Of a DNA stretch of 64,000 bases, positions 18,925 through 26,996 are shown in pieces (position 1 is the first letter of the stretch; every line of letters begins with the position of its first letter). Below the pieces are notes generated by a model. That model had not been told where the DNA came from, made no database searches, and saw only the letters and a program-made list of their open reading frames with translations. The translations under genes were made by a program, and so were the position numbers. Origin of the DNA: Polyangiaceae bacterium (GTDB lineage Bacteria > Myxococcota_A > Polyangia > Polyangiales > Polyangiaceae); the NCBI GenBank assembly GCA_965222375.1, contig CBDCTZ010000016.1, positions 2,656,001 to 2,720,000 of the forward strand, in the 5' to 3' direction.

Positions 18925-21900
18925 TCAGTTCAGGTCGATGCCGCCCCAACCGTTGAAGGGACCGTAGCCAACCATGTTGCTCAGCTGGGAAGCTGCGTCC
19001 AAGAGGCCCACGAAGCTGCGGTACTCCTGAGCGTAGACAGCGCTGATCAAGATGGGCTGGCCGTTGGCATCCCGCTGAACGTTGACCTGACCGTACTGGT
19101 CGAGGACCGGGTTCGCGGAGCCACCGTCCACCTGATAGGCCTTGGCCAGGAGCAGGTTGGCGGTGTGCAGCATGCGCGATGCAATGCCCTTGTCCACGGT
19201 CTTGCCCATGACTTGGTCAGGACCGTACTTCTTGGCGATGTAGGTGAGACCGCTCTCCGGGTTGTAGAAGCGGGCCTGCTCGGCATCCGGGATGTTGCCA
19301 CCGAAGGACGTCTGGCCGTCGATCCAGATCCGCATCTTGTTCGACAGGGTCAGGTCGCCGTTCAGACGGGCGAAGATGTGAGCGAACACCAGGGTGCCCA
19401 CCTGCTGCTTGTAGCCGACGTTGGGGAACAACGCGCGGGCACCAGCGGGACGGGTGGGATTGTCGCCAAACAGGTTGGTCGTCAACACCGGTGACGTCTC
19501 GATGGCCGAGCCGCCGACAACGTAAGGAGCAACCGTCTCGAAGTCCGAGGACAGCACACCACCCAGGAGGCGGTCGATAGCCTGCGGCATGTCGGTACGG
19601 AAGTTCACGTTGACGTTACGGCCGTCGAGGTAGTTCTCACGCGAGATCGTGAAGAACACCGCGCGACCGTCGGTGAGAGCACGCGACGCATCCGACTTCT
19701 CGAATGTGTAGCCTGCCCAGTTGACGTAGCTCTGGTAGTCCCAGGAACCACCGCCGTCGGGATCGCCCTGGAAGTCCGGGTCGATGTATCGGCCCGTCGA
19801 GGCGTCTACCATCAGCGACTTGTCACTAGCCCGACCGCAGTCCGCGTCGAGCAAACCCTGGGTCTGACCCGGCCCTGGGTCGCACGTGCCAAAGTTACCG
19901 ATTTGCGGCATCAGGAACGCGCGGGTGATGGCATTGAAGATCTCGTTCGCCGCCATGGCCTGGGGGCGACCCCAGTCGTCAGCTTCTCCCAGAACCTTGT
20001 AGATACCGGCATTGATATCGTCGACGTCCTGTGGAGAGAAGTTGAACTGCTTGACGAAAGCCTCGTCCGGGTCGAGCAACGCACCCAGCCGGCCGGCGTC
20101 AATCGCCATGCTCCAGTGGAACGCGCGGAGGCGCTCGTAGAAGCCGCGAGAGATGCGAGATGGGATTCGGAAGTAGGCCCAGTCACGGTTCTTCCGGCGG
20201 AAGTAGGTGAAGGGGTACTGGTAGTCGAACTTCTCGATGGTCGACTTGGTGACCTCGTAGATGTCCGCACCCGCGTCCGAGGGGTTGGTGTGGGGGTAAG
20301 AGTTGCTCGTGGTGCCCCAGCGGTAGGGCCAACGAATGGCACCCGGCGCCGTCGCGGCGGTCGGCTTGACCCGCCCTTTGAGCAGTTCTTCGTTGACCTC
20401 GTTGGACGGTGGAGTCCAGTTCTCGAAGTCTTGCCAGAAGGCGTAGTCCTTCGGCGGGGGCGCACAAACCTTGCCGTGCACGACGCGCCACTGGCCCAGG
20501 TCCTTCTCTTCCTGCGTGGCTTCACGGCAGCGAGCGGGATCGAACACCTTCAAGCGACGTGCCTGCTCGGTGTAGTGCATGCCTTGCAGAATCGGAGCCG
20601 TCCCGAACAAGTTCTGACCTGGCAACACCTTGCCGGAGCTTGCTGGGATGTCTTTGATGACGTCGGGGTTGGACCAGACAACCAGGTTGTCCTCGGTCAG
20701 CTGGGTCCAGTTCCGATACGCGAAGGGTGCCGTTTCCTCGTCCGAGTAGCCTCGTTCACGATCGAAAGCCTGTAGCACGCGACCGTAGAGCACGTTCATG
20801 GTCAGCATGTCGTACTGACCCAGACCGACGTTCTCGAAGAAGCGCTCGTTCTGGTACTCCATGGTCGATGTGTGACCGAAGTACGAAATACCCGGGCGGG
20901 ACTCGTTGCCTTGGCCGAGTTCGTCAGGCGTCTCGGGGTCGAGGTAGCGCGGGCCCATGCAGACCGTGCCGTCCTGGTTCGGATTGCCCTTGCAGTTGGC
21001 GCCCGAGCCCGTGGAGTCCGCACCGGTGAGCGCGGTTTCGTTGGAACGGAGCTGCCAGTACTGGGGCAGGAAGTTCAAGCTGTCGTAGCTCGATGAGAAC
21101 TGGTGCAACATGCCCAGGGAGTGACCGACCTCGTGCAGCTGGATGCCCTTGTAGGTTTCCTTCCACAGCTCGGTGTAGATGAGGTCCGCTCGCTTGCGCG
21201 AAATGGTGAGCGCATCTGCTCCGGCCAGATCCGGGAAGTTGTTCATGATGGCTTCGTCGCTGTACTTCGCGAGGAAATACTTGGAGACACCTTGAACATC
21301 CAAGTTGCCCACGTTGGTGGCGTAGATGTCCGGGAAGCACACGCCGCGGGCCTGCATGCGCAGGTCGATGAGCTGCTGCATGCGCTCGGTCTGTGCGTGA
21401 TCCATGCCGCGGAGCGGGGACACGATGTCCATCACATCCGATAGCTTGGTCTGCTTCGGGTTCATGCCCGCCGCGTCGAGCACCCAGTTCGGGGTGATCA
21501 TCTGAGCTTCGAAGACGGAGCCTCGCACCTTCTCGGCGATGGCGTCGTACTCGAGGTGCGACGTGGACGCCGGGCCGATGCCAGCAATGCGGTTAGTGCG
21601 CATCTTGAGCATCTCCAAGGACTTCTCCCTGGGAGTGGCACCCGCGAGGGGATTGGCCGCGATCTGGGCTGCCGCGTGGAGCGGGTCGATGTTGTCGACG
21701 CGCTGCTTCAGCTCAGCCTTGGTGAAGGTCTCCGGCGAATGGCCGTTTTGCAGCCGTCGCTTGTACAATTGGGCTGGGGTGCCGTCCGTGATGTCCTCGA
21801 AGGTGAGTTCGCCGTTGGCCACCATGATGATGTCACGCACCATTGCTGCCGCGTAGGTCGCGGAGCGACCCATGGTCGTGGCCGATGCGCCGATGATCAT

Positions 21901-23649
21901 GCCCGTAATGGGGTCAGCGTTCCAGTTGGCGATACCGCCCCAAGGCGCTCGAGAGGCGTAAGGCCAGTAATAGAGGAAGTTGTGCCGGATGTCGCCGACG
22001 CGGGCTTCGTAGCCACGCGCGCCGCAGATTTCGTTGTCGTAGCTGCGCACGGGGTTGTGGCAGGTGACGATGACGTCCTCCATGGGCTTGGGCTTGTCGA
22101 TCAGCCAAGCGCCGAACTGAACCATCTCCTGGGTGGCATTCAAGGAGCCATCCGTCTCGAAGTACTCGGCCATGCAAGTGGCGCGGTCGCCGGTACCCGT
22201 GCGCCGACACTCGACCTCGCGCGCCTTGGCCACCGAGAAACGCATCAGCTGGTTCCAGCTCTCGATCATGTGCTCGGTTGGGCCCTGACCCTGGCGAATG
22301 TCCTCCGCGTCTGTGGCCTGGTAGGGATCCGACAGCTCTCCGGGGGTTTCCTTGTTCATCCAGTAGCCAATGGGCTTCACCGTCCGGCTGCGCACGGGCA
22401 GGGTGCACCAGTTGCGCTGGCTGCACTGTGAGCCGGGCGTGAGGGTGATGGTCTCTGTCCTGCCGCCGTTGCCGACGAGGCTCTGGTTGATTTCGCATTG
22501 GGCGTTGGTGCCCGGCACATTCGCAGACTCGCCCTGGCTGTCGTAGTCGCAGGGGATGGTGCAGGCCTTGGCTCCGCCACCGTCTGCGACGGGGATGCAA
22601 GCGCCGCCGCCGCACTGCGCGTCTGTGGTGCAGCTGCCGGTCAGGACGTGGCTCTGCTTCCAGATGTTGTGCACGTGCATGTTGCGGCGCATGCCCGGGT
22701 CTCGGTAGCCGTACTGGGGGTCCCATTCGACGCGCGGTGGCGTCACGATGCCCATCGTGTAGCTGGAACCCAAACCGCCCGGGTTGCCGATGATGTCGAG
22801 GTTGGCGTAGGTGTTCTCGAAGGGCTCGAAGTCCGCCGCCGACGGCACGCTCTCGACCTTCCAGTAGGAACTCCGAACCACCGCCTCCTGCTTGTCGCAG
22901 CTGTCGACGGCGGCGCCGGTGTACAGACCCATGAGCAAGCAGGTCGGGATGTTCATGCCCCACATGCGCGTGGACTCGGGCTCGACCCAGAACTTGTTCG
23001 TGATGTCGAAGTAGCCCTTGTCGGGCTCGAAGTGGGGAGCGTCGGGATGACTCCGGTCGTTCACGTAGTAAGCGATGGGAGTGACCGAGATGTCCCCGAA
23101 GATCTTGCCGAGGAACATGTCGAACCAGATCGGGCTGTCGACCACGTTGATCGACCAGTCGACCCGCATATGGGTGCGCTGGTACCAGACCCGATCCGAG
23201 GTGTTTTCCTCGACGATGTTGAGGTCTTCACCCGTGGACGGGTTGTAGGCCTTCTTGACGTCGAAGTGCTTGGTGATCGGGTAGGCGGCCATAATCAGGC
23301 CGTCCGCGGGGTTCTTGCCGATCGTGCCCTTGCCGTCTGCGCCGGGCGAAATCTCGTAGGACTTGCGCGCGATGAGCAGGTTCTCGGTGATCTCCCAGCG
23401 GATGCGATCCACCGCACCCCAGGAGCCGATACCCACCATGGATTGGGCTTCCGACCCGTCCACGACGAAGTTGCGCCAGAAGAACTCCGGGTCATCGGAG
23501 GGATCCGCAAGCTTCCCTACGAAGAAGTCCTTAGAAAGTGCGTCCGCTTGAACGCGGTTGATCGGATCGCGCTCTTGGGCGCAGCCGACCACGTTCAGGG
23601 CGACGAGTGAAAGGCCCATTGCGAGCCTTCTGGTCCACTTCAGGTCCAT
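18925..23649 (-). CDS. Giant lipoprotein zinc metalloprotease (metzincin HExxHxxGxxH plus Met-turn)
   Basis: RBS AAGGAGA before ATG 23649; lipobox VVGC; HEVGHSLGMLH at 21135-21103; TSTMEY; Cys-rich insert. Confidence 0.88.
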   Translation of the reverse strand: MDLKWTRRLAMGLSLVALNVVGCAQERDPINRVQADALSKDFFVGKLADPSDDPEFFWRNFVVDGSEAQSMVGIGSWGAVDRIRWEITENLLIARKSYEISPGADGKGTIGKNPADGLIMAAYPITKHFDVKKAYNPSTGEDLNIVEENTSDRVWYQRTHMRVDWSINVVDSPIWFDMFLGKIFGDISVTPIAYYVNDRSHPDAPHFEPDKGYFDITNKFWVEPESTRMWGMNIPTCLLMGLYTGAAVDSCDKQEAVVRSSYWKVESVPSAADFEPFENTYANLDIIGNPGGLGSSYTMGIVTPPRVEWDPQYGYRDPGMRRNMHVHNIWKQSHVLTGSCTTDAQCGGGACIPVADGGGAKACTIPCDYDSQGESANVPGTNAQCEINQSLVGNGGRTETITLTPGSQCSQRNWCTLPVRSRTVKPIGYWMNKETPGELSDPYQATDAEDIRQGQGPTEHMIESWNQLMRFSVAKAREVECRRTGTGDRATCMAEYFETDGSLNATQEMVQFGAWLIDKPKPMEDVIVTCHNPVRSYDNEICGARGYEARVGDIRHNFLYYWPYASRAPWGGIANWNADPITGMIIGASATTMGRSATYAAAMVRDIIMVANGELTFEDITDGTPAQLYKRRLQNGHSPETFTKAELKQRVDNIDPLHAAAQIAANPLAGATPREKSLEMLKMRTNRIAGIGPASTSHLEYDAIAEKVRGSVFEAQMITPNWVLDAAGMNPKQTKLSDVMDIVSPLRGMDHAQTERMQQLIDLRMQARGVCFPDIYATNVGNLDVQGVSKYFLAKYSDEAIMNNFPDLAGADALTISRKRADLIYTELWKETYKGIQLHEVGHSLGMLHQFSSSYDSLNFLPQYWQLRSNETALTGADSTGSGANCKGNPNQDGTVCMGPRYLDPETPDELGQGNESRPGISYFGHTSTMEYQNERFFENVGLGQYDMLTMNVLYGRVLQAFDRERGYSDEETAPFAYRNWTQLTEDNLVVWSNPDVIKDIPASSGKVLPGQNLFGTAPILQGMHYTEQARRLKVFDPARCREATQEEKDLGQWRVVHGKVCAPPPKDYAFWQDFENWTPPSNEVNEELLKGRVKPTAATAPGAIRWPYRWGTTSNSYPHTNPSDAGADIYEVTKSTIEKFDYQYPFTYFRRKNRDWAYFRIPSRISRGFYERLRAFHWSMAIDAGRLGALLDPDEAFVKQFNFSPQDVDDINAGIYKVLGEADDWGRPQAMAANEIFNAITRAFLMPQIGNFGTCDPGPGQTQGLLDADCGRASDKSLMVDASTGRYIDPDFQGDPDGGGSWDYQSYVNWAGYTFEKSDASRALTDGRAVFFTISRENYLDGRNVNVNFRTDMPQAIDRLLGGVLSSDFETVAPYVVGGSAIETSPVLTTNLFGDNPTRPAGARALFPNVGYKQQVGTLVFAHIFARLNGDLTLSNKMRIWIDGQTSFGGNIPDAEQARFYNPESGLTYIAKKYGPDQVMGKTVDKGIASRMLHTANLLLAKAYQVDGGSANPVLDQYGQVNVQRDANGQPILISAVYAQEYRSFVGLLDAASQLSNMVGYGPFNGWGGIDLN

Positions 23650-23750
23650 GCCGTTCTCCTTAACAAGTTGCTTGGTCATCGCTTTGCCGTCGGGCGGTGC
23701 ATCCGAGCATGCAGCCGCACGAGGGCAGAAATCTCAGCCGACGCCTCTTA

Positions 23751-23767
23751 GGCAAGAGCCGAGCCAG
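23751..23767 (-). promoter_or_regulatory. Sigma54 -24/-12 promoter of the active protease
   Basis: Minus strand CTGGCTCGGCTCTTGCC = GG-N10-GC. Confidence 0.7.
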
Positions 23768-23836
23768 AACATCGCATCCCAGAATTCCGCGGTTTTTGTT
23801 CCGACTCCCCCCGATGGGAAGGCGGCGGGGAACCTA

Positions 23837-23850
23837 GCCGTTAGAGGACT
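23837..23850 (-). promoter_or_regulatory. 14-bp candidate enhancer (second copy, inverted)
   Basis: Plus strand GCCGTTAGAGGACT, about 73-86 nt upstream of the -24 element. Confidence 0.55.
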
Positions 23851-23890
23851 AACTCGCAACGACAATGTCGCACGCCAATGACGCAGAGCG

Positions 23891-25192
23891 TCATTGGTCG
23901 CGGCGGGTGCGCAAGCTGACGGCTCTAGCGTGGGCGTCCAGCCCTTCTGCCCTGGCGAACGCCTCGATATCCGGCCCCTGGGCGCGTAGTGCGCCCGCGC
24001 TGTATCCGATCAGGGAGGAACGGGAGACGAAGTCGTAAACACCCAGGGGGGCGGCATAACGGGCCGCGCCGCCCGTGGGCAGGACGTGGGAGGGGCCCGC
24101 CAGATAGTCCCCTGCCGCCTCCGGGGTCCCGGGGCCGATGAAGAGCGCCCCGGCCCGTACGATCTGGTCTGCCAAGGCGCTGGCATCGACCACGTGGAGC
24201 GCCACGTGCTCCGCTGCGAGCTGGTTGGCGACTTCTGCCATCTGAGCCCGACCGCTGACCTGCAGAACCCAGCCATTGTCCCGGAGTGCCGCTGTCGCCA
24301 CGTCCTTGCGCGGCAAGCCGCGCAGCTGCTGTTGCAGTGCCTGGCCCACGCTCTGCGCGTGGGAGCCCTCAGTCGTCAGCAGCAGCGGGTAAGCTGCCTC
24401 GTCGTGTTCCGCCTGGGAGAGCAGGTCCGCCGCGAGAAGGACAGGATCCGCCGACGCGTCCGCGATGACCAGGATCTCGCTCGGGCCCGCGATGCTGTCG
24501 ATGGCGACCTGCCCGAAGACGAGGCGCTTGGCAGCCGCGACATAGATGTTGCCGGGGCCGACTATCTTGTCAACGCTTGGGACGGACTCCGTTCCATACG
24601 CCAGGGCCCCAACGGCCTGCGCCCCACCAGCGTTCACGATTGCGTTCACCCCAGATAGGTGACACGCGGCTCGGACCTCCGCCGACGCATCTGGGGTCGC
24701 CACGAAGATCTCCTTCACCCCAGCAACATGTGCAATGAGTGCGCTCATCAGCACACTGGACGGATATCGGGCTTTGCCCCCGGGCGCGTAAACGCCGATC
24801 CGCTCCAACGGTGTGATGCGGCTTGCCAGCGTCACGCCCTCGGCTTCCATCTCGAAGCCGGTCAAGCCCTCGAGCTGTCGCTCGTGATAGCTACGGATGC
24901 GCTCCGTCGCGTGCTGCATGGCGTTGCGAACGTCCGCCGGAAGTGCAGCCAACGCTGCTGCTCCACCGTACTCTCGCTCCAATAGCTGTTTTGGGCGCCG
25001 TTTCTCCAGCTTCACGACCCAGTTCAGCACCGCGCCATCGCCGTCCTGCCGCACGCTTTCTAGGATTTCCCGTACTCGCGGTTCGACACGACCGAGATCG
25101 GACTCGCCCCGACGACGCAGCCTCTGAAGCGCCTCGACAAAGGCGTCGCTACCCTCGGTAACAGTCGTCAGAAGTGGTGCACACTGGCTCAC
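23891..25192 (-). CDS. hisD: Histidinol dehydrogenase
   Basis: GVYAPGGKARYPSSVLM, GGAQAVGALAYG, KIVGPGNIYV, AGPSE, LLSQAEH, GDYLAGPSHVLPT. Confidence 0.97.
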   Translation of the reverse strand: MSQCAPLLTTVTEGSDAFVEALQRLRRRGESDLGRVEPRVREILESVRQDGDGAVLNWVVKLEKRRPKQLLEREYGGAAALAALPADVRNAMQHATERIRSYHERQLEGLTGFEMEAEGVTLASRITPLERIGVYAPGGKARYPSSVLMSALIAHVAGVKEIFVATPDASAEVRAACHLSGVNAIVNAGGAQAVGALAYGTESVPSVDKIVGPGNIYVAAAKRLVFGQVAIDSIAGPSEILVIADASADPVLLAADLLSQAEHDEAAYPLLLTTEGSHAQSVGQALQQQLRGLPRKDVATAALRDNGWVLQVSGRAQMAEVANQLAAEHVALHVVDASALADQIVRAGALFIGPGTPEAAGDYLAGPSHVLPTGGAARYAAPLGVYDFVSRSSLIGYSAGALRAQGPDIEAFARAEGLDAHARAVSLRTRRDQ

Positions 25193-25797
25193 GTCCAGTG
25201 GCCGGCCTTCAGCGCCGCGGGATCGTATTGCCGGATCTTCGGTCCGAAGGTGTCACGAAACACCTGCTCGTCGTCCATATCGATATTGTCGTCGGCGAAC
25301 CCTTCGGCCACTTCCATTCCCAAGGCGAGAATGCGCGTGAAGAGGGCAAAACTGGACGCACACAATCGTGGCTTCCAGGTCTCTGTGCCACTCATGGCCG
25401 TGTACACGGGGCAATCTCCCTCCGCGTCAGGGCTTGCCACATCCAGAAAGTAAGGATCCCCCAGCAGGGTGCTGTGGCCCACGATGATCCAACTCTGACG
25501 CCAGCCCTGCGGGGACGGACCATCGCGGTTATTACCATCGTCGTTCAACGCGAAGCCATGCTGCTCTTGGAGCAACTCAGCCGCGGGTACCAGGCGAACC
25601 CGTTCGGATGGGGTGCGGGTCTCGACGTCCACCGGATCAACGGCGAGCAAGAACTCTCGATAGCGCCGGGGAACGCGCAGTTTGGACTTGAGTGTGTCGA
25701 CGAGGGCCGGATCGGCCTTCCCGAATGTCGCGGATACGCTCCGACGCTCAAACGCGTCTTTGAGAGCCGATATCGCTTCAGCGAGATCGCTGTCCAC
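25189..25797 (-). CDS. SMI1/KNR4 (SUKH)-like protein
   Basis: GGAGG before GTG 25797; P..YREFL, WIIVG...GDPYFLD, PVY, ASSF pattern. Confidence 0.65.
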   Translation of the reverse strand: MDSDLAEAISALKDAFERRSVSATFGKADPALVDTLKSKLRVPRRYREFLLAVDPVDVETRTPSERVRLVPAAELLQEQHGFALNDDGNNRDGPSPQGWRQSWIIVGHSTLLGDPYFLDVASPDAEGDCPVYTAMSGTETWKPRLCASSFALFTRILALGMEVAEGFADDNIDMDDEQVFRDTFGPKIRQYDPAALKAGHWT

Positions 25798-25949
25798 GGT
25801 CAATACCTCCGGCCAGAAATGCTTCCGGCTACGCAAGAAGAAGCACCTCGCCCAGTTAGGGTGCGGGCGAGGGGAGCGAGCCTAGCCACGAAACGTCCAA
25901 AACACCAGTGGTTGGCCGACGGGCCGGAGGACCAAGCAGCTGCCCAGGG

Positions 25950-26996
25950 CTAGTGCAGCCGCGAGCGCCGGTTTTTTCCGGCGCGGTGCTTTTCGGCGAG
26001 CGCCAGGTAGTCCAATGCCGGGGCGCACGTGGTCCCCGGCGTCGTGCCAGCGACCACCTCTGGCAGGCTCTCGGTCAGGCGACTCAGTTCCTCGGGCGCG
26101 GTGGATCTCCCACTCGACCGGAGCTCGTCGTGGGCTGTGGCCAATTCCACCACGAGAGAGCCGCGGGCATGCCCGCGACGAATCAATTCAGCGTAGCTCC
26201 GCGCCAGCGCGTCTGCATCGAAGCGATGCTCCCGAACCAAGTCCGCAGCCACGCGCAAGATCCCTTCGACGTTCAACAAGCGGTCTTCCCCGAGCACAAG
26301 GGCGGCTTGGAAGTAGTTGTAGAAGGGCACGACCCGGGCCCCGTACAGGTCAAAGCGGCTGGGTGGGCTCTGGCGATCCAGATGGATGAGGATGCGCTTC
26401 ACGATAGGCGCTCGGACCAGGTTGTCCGCGGCTGTGAGGCACATTTCTGCCTGATCCGCGTACAAACGGCCGCGCTCAAGGATACGGACGAGTTCGGAGC
26501 GCGTGACCCGCCCGGCGCAGATGTCTGCGAACAAAGAGTAGACGAACGCGTCTGCTTCAGCGTCGTCGCCGACCAACACTTCGGCGGTATCGCTGCCTGG
26601 GTTGAGGCGCTGGTCCCGTGCTCGCGCGGTGAGCAGTGTTGGCAACTTGTAGCCGAGTTGGTCGCGAAGGGCTCGGAATCGCAACCTCGCGACGTTGCTC
26701 AGGTTGGGTTTCAGCGTCAGTTCATTCCAGCGGACCCGGTCGATCAGGAGCTTCTCTTCCAGGCGTCCACGCATCTGCCGCGGGCTGCCACTGAGGATGT
26801 GGATGTGCGCGCCGGTGGACGAGAGCTCCCTGAGCAAGGCGGCAGCGCCCGGCACGCTGCGTTTCCGATCCGGTCTTTCGATGGCGGTTTTCAAGAGATC
26901 CCGCCCCGTGTCGAACTCGGTTCGCAGATAGGTCTTGTCCAGATCCCAGCGTGCGACCAACCGCACTCCAGTGTCGGCGTCGGTCACGACGCCCAA
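25950..26996 (-). CDS. HAD-like phosphatase (App1/phosphatidate phosphatase-like)
   Basis: WDLDKT (DxDxT), VPGAA, ILSGSP, YK, LVGDDAEAD. Confidence 0.7.
   Translation of the reverse strand: MGVVTDADTGVRLVARWDLDKTYLRTEFDTGRDLLKTAIERPDRKRSVPGAAALLRELSSTGAHIHILSGSPRQMRGRLEEKLLIDRVRWNELTLKPNLSNVARLRFRALRDQLGYKLPTLLTARARDQRLNPGSDTAEVLVGDDAEADAFVYSLFADICAGRVTRSELVRILERGRLYADQAEMCLTAADNLVRAPIVKRILIHLDRQSPPSRFDLYGARVVPFYNYFQAALVLGEDRLLNVEGILRVAADLVREHRFDADALARSYAELIRRGHARGSLVVELATAHDELRSSGRSTAPEELSRLTESLPEVVAGTTPGTTCAPALDYLALAEKHRAGKNRRSRLH

Noticed and set aside
18022..19494. 490-aa plus-strand ORF and other long antisense ORFs (e.g. 22498-23610, 31700-33175, 25908-27068)
   Set aside because: Shadow frames of high-GC genes on the opposite strand; no recognisable motifs.
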